Shown here piece by piece: positions 36,063 to 51,507 of a DNA stretch of 64,000 nucleotides. Under the pieces are notes generated by a model that searched no databases, was not told the DNA's origin, and saw only the letters and a program-made list of their open reading frames with translations. Made by a program: the position numbers and the translations under genes. How positions within the stretch are numbered: the first letter of the stretch is position 1; every line of letters begins with the position of its first letter. The stretch lies in the NCBI RefSeq assembly GCF_025526975.1, contig NW_026515669.1, forward strand, positions 1,488,001-1,552,000, in the 5' to 3' direction. The stretch is from Fimicolochytrium jonesii (lineage: Eukaryota).

Positions 36063-38810
36063 GGTGCCCCCTCAGTGATTCAGTGAAAGTGACAAGAGGT
36101 GGGGGGGGAATGGGATTGGACTTGAACTTCAGATGTCCGGCCGTGAAGATCTTGAAGCACACACACGACGAACAAAAGGGGTTCCTGAATTTCACCCCTG
36201 CAAACAAGGAAAACGACACGTATGTGAGCCCTGGGTTCAGCGCCCTATTTCCGAATTCCCAAATCCTAATCTGGCACTGCTCTCGCGGCCGTGTTGAAAA
36301 ACACGGACAAGAGATGTAAGTGCAGACGACTTCAGGACTAGCACAACGCACGTAGACGACTTGCGCACGTCGAAGGGTTCTGTGAAAATAACATAGCACG
36401 TACCGCGGTATTGCTTTATCCACCTCTGTCTTGGTTCTGGGGCGGGGGCTGGGAACGGGGCAGGGGAAAACACACACCAGCAAGCAGAAAAGCAGACAGG
36501 CCGGTGGTAGGTCGGTAAAGCCTCTACGACCGGGTAGCGTTTGGCCCGAAGACGTCGGTATTTGGGGCGGTCGGCGTTGGGAACCGAAGCAGCTGACTAT
36601 TTCCTTGCATGGGATGTGACGGGAAACAAGGTAGCGCAAAGCCGTGGTAAATTTATAAACGACGGTTGATCCCAAACACCCACAAAGCGGGTTATTAAGA
36701 AAACTGAGGGGCGCTCCCCAGATCCCAGACACCGATTGAAATGGGAAGAGAGGCACAAATCCGTGGGCAGACAATACGCGGCGCATAAACAAAAATATCA
36801 AATGGCCGAGCCAATCCATGATGAGAAGAGGGTATCGTAATTTAAATCCAACCGGCCCATCCCGATCCCAGAGCGGAGGTCCCTGGCTTACGAGAAACAT
36901 GACGTTGCCGGAAACAGTTAGGGAAATTGGCACGGATCGCTGTTTACTTATTTACGACAGCAGTGACAACCAGGACGAAGGAGACAAAGGACTTGTACGG
37001 CAAACCCCACGGCAATGCGTGAAACGGACGGCTCCGTATCAGCCTCGACAGCCGGCGGACGTAAGACCGTGAAGCTCACCTGCATTCCATGTAGCACGCA
37101 ATGCACCCACCATCTCGACTGCGACTCGTCTCGTGGGAAGTTTCGTGGAGTTCACTACGACCCGCATCTTGCCGAAGTATACGCCCATGAAGAGGGCTGC
37201 ATCCCATCTAGCGTGTCGCTGAACCGACAAAGCCCGGTCTACTTGCCGTGGCGGTTCCGTCCCAGATCCTCACGCGAATACCGGGAACACCAACGCGAGG
37301 TGTATTCCAGTGTGTCGAAGAAAAAGACGCTTGACCACTGGTGGCAGCATTCAACAATTCGAAAAACTTTCTCGAAAACAACGACGGTGGTCACGAAGAA
37401 TGGGCAAAAAACCAGCGTGAGCAAACATTCCGCGGTTGCGACAACGAAGACGGGAAACGTATGGAAGGTGCATCATATGTGCACATTGGCCATCTCAGGG
37501 CCTGATTGTGAGATCATTGTCATCGATCAAGAGAGAGACGCACGATTAGCGTCCGTCGTCAAGAAGGTGTCGGGGGAGGCGAAACGGTGAGCAACTCAGA
37601 GCCAAACGCGTAGCTAAAAACGTGGGATGGGTACAGCATCTGAGCCGTTGCCATACTTAGGCTTGAGAGAGGCGATCTCGTGGAATACCTGTTGCAGGTT
37701 GTGCGAGATGTCTTTGGAGACTATGGCTTGGAAAACGGTCCTACCATGTTCGAATGCGAGGCAAAGTTGTTGGAAACCATGGTCGGGTAGGTTTCGCATA
37801 CCACAGATGTCCAATCGGTGATTGACGAGGATTTGGGTCGGTTCAGACCCATGGCTGATATTCGCATGAAAGGCAGGGTCACAACTTTGTCTTGTTATGC
37901 TCAGTGCCAAATGGCCTCTGTCGACACAAGGCTTTACTTTTCAAAGTGCTCGCAGACGTCGTCGGACTGAGTTGCGCATTGGTAACGGGTTACAGGTAAG
38001 CTCGCGAATTTAGTAGTGGCGTAAGCCCGATCCTAACTGGAACCGGTCGGATGTCCTAGCAATGTTGCGCGGCACCAGTAAGTTGAATTGGTCTCCGACA
38101 CATCCTGTGAAGCTCAAAGCGACCGGCATTTTTCCGCCCAGGTGGAACATTATTACGTTATCGGAGTCGATAGCCGCATCGAACTCGCCATCGAGTTCAG
38201 ATAAACCGGAAAGCCATGACGAGACCTACCTCATTGACCCCACTTCTCCATACTTCACGTGGACGCGGCATGGGAGCGGTCGGGCAAAAGGGTATCGGAC
38301 GTCGACTGAGGTGTCGTTTGGACATTTGGGTTTCACGCAGGTTCGTAGTTTGTTTTGCGGGATATGTCAGACCGGTGCTGATGTTTTAGAGGTGGTTCAG
38401 AAAAAAGAGGGACTTCTGTGAACAGATTGAGAACCTTGATGTTCTGGCATGGTGTAATCTTCAGCCTTAAGTTTCACAGGGACTTCCATGTTGCTCGCAA
38501 CGCAGGTGCAATTTGCGACGTGACCCCTGCTCAGTGTTGATCATCCGGGAGCCTTCTCAACTCCACTACACCATCGTCGTCATTAAATGTAGTTGGAAAC
38601 ATCTTGTATGGGACGTTTATATATACAAATGGAAACGGGGCTATGTACAGAAGGGGCAAGAAGGATGTTTTTACAAGGCCTATGCTACGGTAGCCAGACG
38701 GCGGACGCAAAGTATGTACATCACTATGAATGGGAAGGTGCAGGAGTATGTACACATAGGTAGGAGGAATGTTCAGGTTCAGCATCCCCGAATAGAGCGA
38801 TCCCGAGAAA

Positions 38811-40069
38811 TCATATGGGAGTGGAGGTAAAGAGAACGACAACCATCAAAGCGACAACATAGCTGTACCATTCGACCGGTTGCGCTACCATGCGTCCGGC
38901 TGCACTCTGGATGAGGACGGTGGGCGACGCTGCTGGGGTAGACCTCGACACTGCTGCAGAGGTGGTGGATGCTCGCACTGATGATTTGGACGGGGTGGGG
39001 TCCGGAGCCGTGGGAGGCGCTGATGCGGATGGCTCGACAACAACCACCGTGCTTCTGGTGACTGCCGCGGGAGGCGCTGAGGTGGTCGAGCTTGCTGGAG
39101 GAGGGACGCTTATTTGTGGGACTGCCGGTGAGGTTACTTGTGGGGGGGCCGGGGCGGGAGCAGGTGCGGGAGCAGGTGCTGTTATAGGTAAGAAGAGGGG
39201 TAGTCGGCACGTATTCCCTTTCGATTGCATGTACAAAGGAAGCTCATCTCTAAAATGTCCGCCTTACCTGGATTAACGTCCTTCGCAGCTACCACTTGGA
39301 ACGCTGCGCTCGTCACCTCATCAGCTCTGCAACCGTCATCCACGCGGCATCCCGCGCTCGAGACGCTCAAATGCACCACGAACGATCCTCTCGTCGCGGC
39401 CGCCGGGCTCACGCCATATTTCCCTGAGCGCAAATCAGCGATCTTGAGTGTTCCAGACAGCGGCGCTCCATCAGCGCCAACACATTTGATACCATCGCCC
39501 CCAGTCGTGCCAGCGGCTTGGAACTCGCAGGCAGTGATGTCGGTGGCTTCATCGAAGCGTGGATCCGTGTCGACCTTAAAGGGGGTGACTTGACCAGCTG
39601 CGACATTCGTGCCTATGGTCACAATGATTCCGAAAGCACTCGGGTCGTTCGCTGGGCTTGATAGCTTTGCTGAGGACACCTGCTTCGGAGCGATGGTGAA
39701 TGCATCTCCCACGACCTGGTTGCTAGCACATGAAAGACCCGCACACGTCGCACCCGCTGTTCCAATGGCGACGCGGTAGCTGCCTGGGGGTAGACTGGGA
39801 GGAAGCACAGCGGTCACCCTTCCACTGCTGAGATCAGCTGCGTCGAAAGAAGTACCGCCTCCACACCCGCTGACGCGACGGTTCGCGGCGTCAAGTACAG
39901 CACAGAAGGTGAATGTTGCTGGACTTGACCTTCCGTCCGCACTGGCAAAGATAGGCACATTTTGGCCGGGTGAAACAGTAGACAATGGGCCAGGATTATC
40001 GATTTTGAGAGCGCCGGCGTTCGACGAAAGCAGGAGCAGGCTCAGTCCGAGGGCGAAGCGGTTCAGCAT
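38811..40069 (-). CDS. Secreted Cys-rich, Ser/Thr/Pro-rich, probably GPI-anchored surface protein
   Basis: Signal peptide MLNRFALGLSLLLLSSNAGA, two similar Cys-containing beta-rich modules, an intron near 39190-39270, an S/T/P stalk and a hydrophobic C-terminus. Confidence 0.7.
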
Positions 40070-41379
40070 CGTTCAAAGGTTTCTTTATGAAATATAAAGG
40101 AAAGGCGATGCGCTATGGTCTTCGTCGTATATCGGGTCCGCCTTTCTATGTCGTGTGCAATTATAATGTGAATGGGATGAACAGACGAGTTTCGTTTTCA
40201 GGACGAGTACTGTTATGACCGCAGGTACTTAAGGCTGCGGCATGGCTGGATGTCCGTTCACTGATGAGGCTGGCATCCCAGGACAATGTTCGCAATGCCT
40301 TCTGCGCAGGGTCAACTTATTGCAGTGTCCCAGGTTGTCAAGTTGCTGAGCTCACTCCGTCATACGCGTTGCCGAAACAAATGGGGCATTGGCTGCGCAG
40401 CCTCGATGGAGTTCAAACAATCGCAAACAAGGAGGGCTTTCTCAGTTCCATGTTGGACTTGCGTGCTTCCGTAATGTATACAATACAGTACGTAAGCTTC
40501 CGCCGGTTTCGCATCTTCGCCACCGCACCGAACCATGGTCCATTACCATCATCGTGGGTCTCACATCCAAAAACATATGGTATCGTACCTTTCCTAAGGA
40601 AGTTGGGAAGTGATCGGTGTTTTGCAAGGCCCCTGTCCGAAAATTGTTGTCCGAACGGAGACGGAGATTGAGGACGGAGATTCGAATCTCCGTCACGCCG
40701 TCAACGGTAGAAAGGTAAAATCAACCCCATATCCGTCTTCCGCGTCGGCACCAATTGACGTTGTCCGTCCGCATGACTGCTGTGAGGAAGTTTAGTGTTG
40801 AAAGCGAACACTTTTTTGTCTCCGGGAGGTGTTTTAGACCTTACTCCCGTCCCCAGAACTTGGTAGCTCTCGAGGCGGGATTTCCAGGTGGATCCCGCGA
40901 GGATCAAGTCTTACTCGAATTCTTGGGCTTCTCGTGAGATATCCTGGGCCTGGGGGTAGCCATTACTCTATGTCTGGCTCTCGGTAGACCGCCCTGTTTA
41001 TCCTTATAATGCGCTTTGAAATGACTCGGAAACGTTCAACAATTTGGATTTTATACGCGCTGTCTCGGTGGTCTCATAAACACACGTCCAGTTCACCGCC
41101 TCCGACGACAATTCTCTCCCCTGCTGGGTTGTCTCAGAGCAGACTCGTCGTATCTCAGTCGGGACCCTCGGCAATCGTCCTTATAGCATCGTCGTCTGGC
41201 TTTTGGAGCCTTCTAGCCCATTTCTTTCTTCGGTGAACGTTTAGCCCGCGGACGTCACTTTTTCCCCCAGGACCCGAGCCAAGTTTTCATATAGGACTCG
41301 AGCAACATAAGGTTTATACTTACGTCGGTATTCCTTCGCCTATACACGCTGTCGGACTCCATTTGCGCACGTGTCCGCT

Positions 41380-44338
41380 ATGGCTGCGGAACGGGGATAT
41401 GTTGTCAGCAAAGACGCGACACCGTCTGCTTTACCTCCTTTGCCTAGCAGCATTAGCTCGAGCTCCTCATCGAACGCCGTGAAATGCCTCTGGTCAGGGT
41501 GTATAGAGGCTTTCGCTACTGAAGATGACTGCTTCCGGCACTTGACAGAATCCCACGCGAGGGACGGCAAGCAGTCCTGTGCATGGCATCCTCACTTGGG
41601 CAGGCCAGTGTGTGGGCAGCTATTGAGGAACCGTGGGAATTTCGCAGACCATGTGGTCACTCACTTCAGCACCGCACTAAGACCAATACAGTGCCCGGTG
41701 GGTCATCCACGGTGGAATTGGATTAGGTTTTTGTTGGTCTGCTTTTGTTTCCTACGCTGACCTTTTCCTTTTGTATAGCTCTGCCCTAGTCGATTGCGCA
41801 ACCGACAAGACGTGAAGCGTCACGAATCGAAACATCAGACAAATGGCGAGCAGCCTGTTAGCAAACCAAAGGGGCGCAAGCGAGCCGCATCTCCAACGCC
41901 CCATACATCCCAGACTCCGTCCCCGATGACCACAGTGACATCCGCGTCAATAACGACATCTGCGAGTTCGGCAATATCGACAAGCCCCGTTTCTGCTCAT
42001 ATCCCAGATCACTACTCCGCCCGCAACTTGCCTCCAGCGAGTCAAGCAATCAAATTGGAAGATCAGAAGAGTCTGCGGGAGACAGCGACGATACAAAAAC
42101 GCAGCGCGGCGAGCGCCGCTGAGTGGTACCGGGGATCCGCGGAAATGCCCGCTGCTCTGATACCAATGCAAAACAGTCGTGAAGCATTCCCACACATTTC
42201 GGCCACACCACAGGGCTACATGCAAATGCTCACATCTGCCCCAGACCAGATGAGCCGATCCGGCAGCCTGGTTCGCGAGGGCCAATCGTCGCCCATTCCA
42301 CCCCTGCCAGTTCCCTGGGCGGCCCAAGGACATCATGTGCTAACAGGGGCGCATCAAGCAGGCGTGGGCTCACCGGTGCCTTTCCATCAGTCTCAACGAT
42401 GGGGTACATCTCTGATGCCACTTCAAGGAGGCGCCGAGTATGGAGCAAATATGCATACCGCACCTTCCACGTCAATGACATCACAGGGGGAGGGTAGTAA
42501 CTGGGATGGGGAGTGTTCGAGGCCTACGAAAAGAGGAGGCGCCCGCATGCAGTCAGACTTGGTTGCGATCAATCATGAAAACGCCTATGTGGTAGGCATA
42601 CCCAACTCATTGGCTACTCCCATGACTTTGGGTATCAAAGCCACTATTATCAGTCGGTACGTTCTTTCTCATCTTGTGTTAAATCATTCCTATCAGTGCT
42701 AACTCTCCATAACCGCTCAGTCTGCTATCTATTATGCAGGTTATGTGCCCCACCGCCACTCCACCACAGGACTGTCTTGATCTGATCTCTCACGCAGAAC
42801 GACGAGATTCGTATCTCCCCGGCGTTTACGTGCATACCATATTCTTGAACCTGGTCTACAAGAACATGAGCGGCGACCAAATCGACGAGCTTATGAGGAG
42901 GTTCATCCTGAGTGTCCCGAGCCGATCGGAATACTCGTGCGTCATATATCGCGCCTTGACCACCTTCGTTCGCACGTATCTTTCGCCACACGACACTGGG
43001 GTTACGACAGGAAAGCGGGACAAAAACGAGCTTTTCGCTCTCGGTGGTAGCGACATGATTCGTGCGATCAAAGCACTGTGCAATTCCGAGGATCCGTATG
43101 TCATCAAGCTCATTCCCGACGGTTTCGCATGTGTCGTCCGGCAAAAGCCATTGGACCCCAAGCACGAAGTGGTGTCGGCACCGCGCATTGCTGGGGTGGT
43201 GGGTTTACGACGCCGGGTTTACCGCGCTTACGTCGAAGCCATCGCCGCCGACCTTGCATGGCTGGGCGATGTGGACGGATGGAAGGCAGTGGTAGAATGG
43301 ACACCGACCATCGAGGATGTACAAGAGACGGTCACGGAAGACGGGTATGCTGTGGGAACAATCATCGTGCGCTTCAAGCGAGTCGACACGTACACCTCGC
43401 ATCCTATTGCCTTGCAAATCGGCGATCAGCAGGCTCTGCAGCAGCGTCCGGGTCACCTATTCCCCTCTGCCCAGACCGGCGCGGTCTCCAGCAGTCAGTC
43501 GCAACAGTGGATCAACTCGGCCGCAAACTACACGTTTCCGTCGCAGCCATCAAGCCAGTCTCGTCACGTATCATTATCAACATCCACCTCAACTTCCGCC
43601 GACTTGCCAAGACGGAGCGTCCCGATTATAGTCCCAAATCCACGGTCCACCTCCCTCGCATTTCGTGGGTCACAGTCAAGCCAGACTCTAAAGCGAACGC
43701 GCGATGATGCTTATAGCGGCTTCTACGAATCATCGGTCCAATCGCATGTCGAGCCTTTCATGCCAGCGGCCTCGGGGCTCGCCATCCCGGTGATGCAGTG
43801 CCCCGTTGCGGAACGAGGGGGGCCGATCATGGACGAGTTTACTGTTGCTATAGCGCCACCCAGGCACTCTTCGCTTCCGCACCGCCTGGGTCTTTCGTCT
43901 TTCACCAGCCAAGTATCGCCCAGATCATCCTCGCTGCCAGGTTCGAGGAATTCTACCCAGTCAACGATCATTGTCCCGTCGTTATCAACGTTGACATCCG
44001 ACTTCGTTGATCACGAATCTTACCTCGCCACCGCGCCATCCACTGCTTTGGAATCTCCGCCCGCCCCCATCTCAATTACGCCGCATGTGTTCGCTTCCCC
44101 AACTCAGGGCACTGATGACTTCGGCGTAGACCCTGAGTTGGATGCCAGGGCCTTCAACGAATCGTGGGCTGAGCTTCCGCACATTGCCAATATTCGCGGG
44201 GAATTTGAGGATGCCGCGTTGGAGTGGTTGCAAGGATATCCCTCCCTCGTATCCTTTATAGCCGCACCTCTCGCTGCAAGCGGCGGACTTGGTGATGAAG
44301 CTCCCTTTTTGGGCGATGGCAATGCGATCGCAGTCTGA
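41380..44338 (+). CDS. C2H2 zinc-finger protein, 3 exons
   Basis: CLWSGC..F...H..SH, CAW...CGQLL...DHVVTH, CP.CP..L...KRHESKH. Confidence 0.8.
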
Positions 44339-45592
44339 TCTTCTGCACTCCATGCAACAAACATTCTGATACGCATTCACCAGAGTACATATTTACATAG
44401 CATAGGATACCTCCGCCGTAGCGACGTATAGATTTAGGGTCTTTTCTTTTTGCACATATTATTCATTATCGTTCGAGGACCCAATATACCGTATTACCGT
44501 TCATTTGTTTTGTTTCTCGAACCAAAAGTCCGACGAATATACCACCGCATAATGATCCGTCCGCATATGATTGGGCGGAAGGATGATAAGGAAATTGGTA
44601 GCTAATTTCTGCTTTCGGCACCATCGCAAGATCGTAGACACATGGGAACAGGCGGACACGATTGTAATTGGTGCTCTAGAGTCAAATGTTTGCATGAAGC
44701 AAAGGAAGCGCTACAGTATGCAAGAACCCATGGCAGAGGACGCCATCAGCACAAGCTGCGTCGTGGCTATCTGTGCGAGTAGGTACTTGAAAGAGCAACG
44801 GAAAGATGTCTGAGCCACTCAGGCCCGTCCGCCCACGAGGACGACCGGGCAGACATAAATGGGCTCGCCGAGAACAGCCCCTCTACGAGCACAGAACCGC
44901 CGAAACGGAGCGTGCGTCAATAGCTGAACTGGCCGCACGAACTGTAAAGTTTCGTGTTCGCGATACATAGTCACAGTGATGCCCACGGAGGAGAAGGGTA
45001 ACCAGCCGGCTTAATTGATCGCGGTCGTAATGACAATGCTGGCGCAGTTGCGGTTCAAGGAAACAAGGCGGAACGACGCCCTAACTCGGATGGCGGCGCC
45101 TGACCGAACGCAAAGAGTGCTATCTTCTTCCTGCTCTGAACAGAGGCAAATGAACGACGTCCCAGAGCGACCTTCTGTTGAGAACGTGTCGAATAATAGC
45201 GGCTCGCTGATGAGTTGAACGTTGGGGCTCAGCACGAGAGCCTTTTTATAAGAAAGTCTGAGGAAGTGGCTTGGACCGAGTGAAAATAAGAAGGGCCTGG
45301 ACACGTGATCAGTTCATCGTGTCCGGACGTCCCTTCAACGCGCAACTATCCCGTTACATGCAGCGCATAACTGGGGCGGCGAGTGCCAACCCACCCCATT
45401 ACAACCTCCACATCTGCGGTGAATACCAGATCACACTCCCGCAATCCCACACCGACTCGGAAAGCTGGAGAAGGAGCTCAATCCGCCGTCGCATATCGGG
45501 ACTGCGAACGCGCTACGTAGTTCCCCCTCTTCAGCAACATCTACCTCGGCGACACCCGGTATTCGTTACACTTTGGAACGGACCTAATCACG

Positions 45593-48500
45593 ATGGACAA
45601 AGAAAATGAAGCTCACGAGCAGGATAGCCCTTACGAGTTTGGAGACATTGTTTCCGCTCCAGGTGTGAGCAAAGGTGATGGAGTCACGGACAGTCCTCGG
45701 GTAGAACGCGGTTCGCGTAGGCGATCGTCGGTCAGTGTCCTACCACTCAGAGTGACATACGCGAACGTACATTCGTTAACCCCACTGTTCCCTTTTATCG
45801 ACGCGACAGTTCGCTGGAAAGGGTATCTTACGGGCTACTGAAGTCGCAGACTCTACATGGCCGCCCGTGCCAGGAGTCTTGGATGGGAAGCTTGACGATG
45901 ATAGGGCGTTCGGGAACGAAATTGAGGATAACGGCGATGGCGACGCGTACGTATTAGTGGAAATGAGGACCACAGGGCAACGAATGTTTGGGTGCGCTGA
46001 CACTTCGCAGGCAGGGGCACCAGAAGAAGCAATCGCGGAAATCACTCGGACGTAGAGTTAGCTTTGCGCCGCGAGCGCACGTTCGGTACGTGCAAAAGTC
46101 AGCGTTTGACTGCATGCATCTTCACCTGACGAAATATGGTCCAGCCCCTTCACGAAAGACAGTGACAAGGCGGACATGCCATCTCCAAATCAGCGCGTCT
46201 TCACAATTCCGGACTTATCCTCCATCCGCCGAACAAGGTATGAGCGAGAGATGGACTCTGGTGGTCCAGTGATCAATACGACTATCAGGTGGTGATATGA
46301 CTGACACTTTGATATAGCGGGCACTACGATATTCAGCTGAGCCCTGGAAGTGACTTGAAAGGGTAGGGTTCATTGGTCTCTCAAAGGATGGGTTGCCCGC
46401 GAAAATCAGCACTAACACGATTGTCACAGCGAGCATCGAGACACGAGCTATGAGATTGATCTAGCACCTCCTGCAGCACACCCGGATTCTCCATTACATC
46501 GATCGCATAATGATTTCTCCATTGACGCTTTGGCACCTACCGACGTCGGGAACGCGAATACGAACCCGCCACCGCTGTCTTCAGATCCCCAAGGATCTGC
46601 TTCGCCAGCGAAATCTAGCAAACGCCGACGCAAATCCATGCGGGACAGTATCGCGGGCTTTTTCGATAATACCGGTACTGGCCCGAAGCAGCTTCGTAAT
46701 GTTCTGACCGACATCACGGTGCAGGGTCCGGATTTTGCGAATGACGAGTGGGATGATGCTAGCGATGACGACTCGGAGATGGACATCGATGAAGAGACTG
46801 AAAATGAGCAGGACGCCGAAGACGTTACTCGTCATGATGAGAGGGATCAACAATGGCCCGGCTATCCGACTGCCGATGTCCATCCGGCGAACCCAGCCGA
46901 AGTGGAAACTCCATCCAGTGCTGGTGAACTTTCTATGAGCATGGATTTAGAAATGTCACTCTCGCCAAAGGACTCGGTTGCGTTCGAAGCCGTGGCCGAA
47001 AGTCAGGATGTCGGGGGAAGATACGTCCGGCCTCAGCCTGTATTAGAAGAAAGTGGCCCAGAGTCATCGGTCATCCCCATCAAATCACCGCGGAAGAGCC
47101 CTCGCCAGAAGAAAGCCCCGCTAAGGTTTGGGGAATGGTTGTCACCCGGACCCAGCGTGTCCCCGGCACCAAATACTGGCGAAAAGGGCAAAGCGAGAAT
47201 GGACGATTCCGAGCTATCGAACCAACCATTAGCCAAACGATTCAAGCACGTAGATGATACGATCGCGGGATTTTTCCCACGCGAGTTCCCATCGGCTAAG
47301 CAGCAGCCAACTGTCGAGAAGCGTGCGGAGATCAGGGTCCAGGCAGATGACCAGGAAACAGCGCGGAGCAGTGCAGGTAAATTGCTTGATTCGCATGCAA
47401 GTCACCCAACTTTTAGCAAAACTCATCTGCCTTATACATAGCGTTCTCACGTCTTTCGGCTGCGGATGATAAGGACGACACGATCGGCCGGTTCTTCAAA
47501 ACACCCGAAGGCGGAAATGCCAGCGAGAATGGCTTGGATGCGGATTCTTCCAGTGAAGACGATGTTGGTGGGGGAGAGTTGGATATGGAAATGACAATGG
47601 ACATCACTCGCTGTGTTGGGAGAGGAATACTGGCGCCCCTACCGGATGAGGATGACAATACGGCCAACACGGTTGAGACTATGTTGTCGGCGACGCCCAC
47701 ACAGTCGTTCGCACAGAGACGGCGTGAATCGCTGAGATGTGAGTGTTTTGCCACTTAATCATTGCAGGTGTTCAGCATGCACTGACTACGTAACAGCTCG
47801 TCGCTCGTCAAGTGCTTCAACGCCCTCATCTCGTCAACCGGTAGAGGCGTCTCCATTCGTGCCTATCACAGAGCTAAAAGGCCTTCTTGGAGATAAAAAA
47901 TGCGAAGTCCACATTTCCGAGCCTGTGCCACGACACGAATCTAACGTAAAGCCCAGTCCGCGAAAACCTCCTTCTACGCGATCCTCGAACATTGACTCGC
48001 CTGCGGTAAAAACACACGTTGAGAGTCCTGCCGAGCCAGCTGAAGACCTGGATGATGCAGGATCGTTTATCGGCGACCAAAACTTCGGTTAGTGTTGGTG
48101 CCGAACAGTAATATGCACTCTGCACGTTTGCTAAAGAAACTCTTGTGCCCTGTTGCGCTGCTTCGCAGAAGATGATATCATGAACGAACCGTCCATGGTG
48201 GAAGAATCGTTTATGGAGGAGGTTTGATCGACAAGAGCCTTTTGATCGACTACACCTGTAAGATGTGCCTCAGCTAATTCGATATCACATCAGGCGAAGA
48301 GCATAACCTCAGTGCGCGAGTTCCTGCAAGCGACTGGAATCTACTTTCAGGACAGCTTGACGACCGGTTTCCGGCGTGAATCTCAGGCGTATTTGCATAC
48401 TGGTATGAACCCGAAGACTGTGTACCTTTGACGCATCCTGCATCTCATTCATCAACTATTGCTTTTACATCAGAAAAACCTACGGACCTCGAGTACTACA

Positions 48501-50643
48501 CAGCGGCTTTGGTGTGGTCCTGCGAGTTGGACACATATGAGTTTGTAAGTCATTCGTCCATAAGTGGAACGGCTGTTCAGGCCTTTCTTCCTGTCATTGC
48601 TGACAGACATATTCATGTCCAACGACATTCTACTCTCGTGTTGCAGGGTTGCACAGAACTGCAGAAGATCATTGACGACGTGAGAGAGGAAATAACGCAT
48701 GCTGAAGCCGAGGCAGCCGCCAATCCTCCACCAATCTTTTTTGACGCATGCGAAGGCACTGTGAATGAGCTGACGGAGATTCAGGTTGGCGCACCCAAAT
48801 TAGTGGGAAAGCTGCCCGTGGTTTCTCTGCTTGGCAAACCTGACCTCCACTCTTTCACGTGACAGCGTCAATTGAAAGCAGCCCGATCGTTTACAAGGAC
48901 AGAAGCGAAGGAGTACTGGCACGCTTGGCGGAGTCAACACCTTGACAATCTCGTGGAGTTTTTCACGGCGCATCTGGAATTCCTGCGTAAGGTAAATTTT
49001 CAGAAGCGCTATAGTGGCGGATTCGTCTTTTCTGTGGTCACGCTCCCGTGATAGTCGGAAAGACTCATCCTTACAATGTAGGATTGGAGAAAAATCCAAA
49101 GGATGGCTTCTCGGGTTTCAGACATGAATACAAATGGAGAGAAAGTAGTGGCAGACTTGCGCCGCCAAGTGGAAGAGACTAGGCAAAGGTGCGTATCTGA
49201 CAGAAATTGTCACCCTCTGATGGCTCAGGGCCATGTCCTTTGTGGATATATTAAACTCATGGCTGGGCTCCTGTTTTCGACCAGAGTGCAAAATGAAGAG
49301 AAGGAAGTGACGGAGAAGCTCCGAGCCTTGAATGAAGAGCGCGAAGAACAACAGTACGTGTCAAATGCGGTGTCTGTGTTTCGCTGGAGACATGGGCCAC
49401 GCGCCTAAAATTTGGATGGTGGCAGAGAGCAGATCGCCCAAATTCGTGCGGAGTGTGATCGACTACGACAGCTTTGTGACGAGGAGCAGATCCGGGAGCA
49501 ACAGCTGGCAAATGACAAGATCGAAATGACCAATGCTATCCGCAAGGCGGAAGATATTTGCAGAGACCTTATGATATTTGATCCCGTAGAACTGGCTACA
49601 CTTCGAGGTGCGTGAAATGCAAGCGCTGGCCATTTTTCAGGGCATCACTAACGTTCGTAAATTTCCCTCAGATGAATACAAGCTCCTCGCCACTATGTTT
49701 TCATGGACCTCGTCCCACGCATCACCGTCCAAGCACGTGCTTATATACGACCAAGTGATTCAAGTAGCGCTCACGAAAGTTGAATCTAACAAGCTGCATG
49801 TGGAATTATCTGTTGTGGAAGAGCCGGTATGGTTTCGGAGTGTGCTATTCTGTAATGCTTCGTATGCTCGACATTTCAAAACGCTGTAGAAGTCATCGTA
49901 TCATTATCACAAAGTCCTCTCAACGATCAAGCAACACGAGTCACATCCCACCGTTGCTGCGTTTGGACGGGCAAAGATCGCGAACATCCTGCGACGGGAG
50001 CAGGATGTCATTGGGCTCTGCGGAGGTCCTGCGGACATCGGCCGGGTTAGTGGGGTGCTTCATGCTACATTGCATCTATGCTAGCAGTTGTCAGACGTTC
50101 TCACTCATGAGCTTATCTCAGGTGATGACCCACGTGGCCAACGTGTGGAATACGTTACGGGATTTCCACAATGAAGTCGAAGTCGCTCGCGACGAATACC
50201 TGCTGGATTACGCCGACAACGAGGCAGTTCCATTTACCAGCCCTCACCCTACAAGGCAACAGTCATCCCCGATCCCTTTCAACGCCAGTGTTGCCGTCAC
50301 CACTTCCATATTTTGCCGGCAATCGCGAACCCGGTTCCGTGTCGCTTTCGGCGTTCCTGTGGCACCATCAGGAGCGTTGGCTCTGGCGAAGGCGTGGGCG
50401 TCGGAAGCCCAGGTCATTTATGGGCGGATCAGGTTTGTGCGGTACTTCGTCTATTCCGACTGGGCGCTCATTGATATTGAAACTCATTCTGAACGTTCAA
50501 TGTACCATCACAGTTTCGAGCAAGTTGGAGCCGTCGTCGCCGAAGAGCTTGAGGACCGTAAACGCCAAGCCAGCACGCCGTCTACTTCCGGCAAGTTGCT
50601 GCGGGCGCTGCGACGGCTGGAACATCTCGCTGCGGGTCGTTGA
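45593..50643 (+). CDS. SPC7: Kinetochore scaffold Spc7/Spc105/KNL1
   Basis: GILR (SILK-like) and RRVSFAP (RVSF) PP1-docking motifs; MELT-like MEMTMDIT; Spc7 domain EFLQATGIYFQD...YEFGCTEL...NPPPIF...WHAWR; coiled coil. Confidence 0.85.
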
Positions 50644-51507
50644 GCTTTGCGAAACCCTTACGCGCCCTCGATTTGGAATATTGCCGCAAGGCTCTTCCTA
50701 ATGTAGAGCTTTGATGAACCCCTGCTTTCATGGACAAAGACAGTCTTTGGTGTCGCATTGCACAGTCCTCCACTTATTAGGTTTCACTTCCATGAATACA
50801 TATAGTACGGCTTCTTACAAGCCTTTACAGCTGCGACCTGTTGCGCCTTCCACATGGCCTTGCAACCTTGTTCGAAGTGTCGTCTTGGAACGTGCCGCTC
50901 GCTTTTCTCACTCCCAGGGAAACCAGGGAAAACGCCAGCACGATCTGCAGCACGATCACGCCAAAATTAGTACGTCCATCACGGTGTACCTGGTTGTCTT
51001 CCACCCGCCATGGACAAACCGAAAGGTTCACGACCTACATGCGGAGGAAGCCATGCCCACGGAAAAACAGAGGACGGAGGAATTGGGTGGATACGTTCAG
51101 AGCATTGCGGAAGACCCTCCTCAGGGAGTTCAACACTTGCTTCCTCCACTTTGCCCATCGTCCACAGCGATGTGCGACCCTTTCCATTGACTTCAGTATT
51201 GACTTCGCTGCTCGCTAAGCCACGTTACATGCGGAAGCGTCTGGTAGTCCCCTCTTCGTTCCCCCATCACCAACAGCCACTCGGACGGTTATCACCGCGC
51301 CGTTCCTCACAAGTCTCGAGGTACCCTCCCTTTGCAAGTGGCCGATTTTAGGTGAGAAAGGCTGGAAGCAATTTCGATATTAGGGCATCCGACAATATGA
51401 GTGAGGCTAGGAGGCTACGCCGACAAGCTTGATTATTGAAGATTATGAAAGGGAAGTGTGTTATCAAAATTGCGTGCGTTTCAAGCTTGGGGAAGCTAGG
51501 AGTTGCA

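Noticed and set aside
36022..38421. ORFs of 303, 191 and 119 aa upstream of the first velvet gene
   Set aside because: Non-protein-like composition and no motifs; likely UTR, intergenic or decayed sequence.
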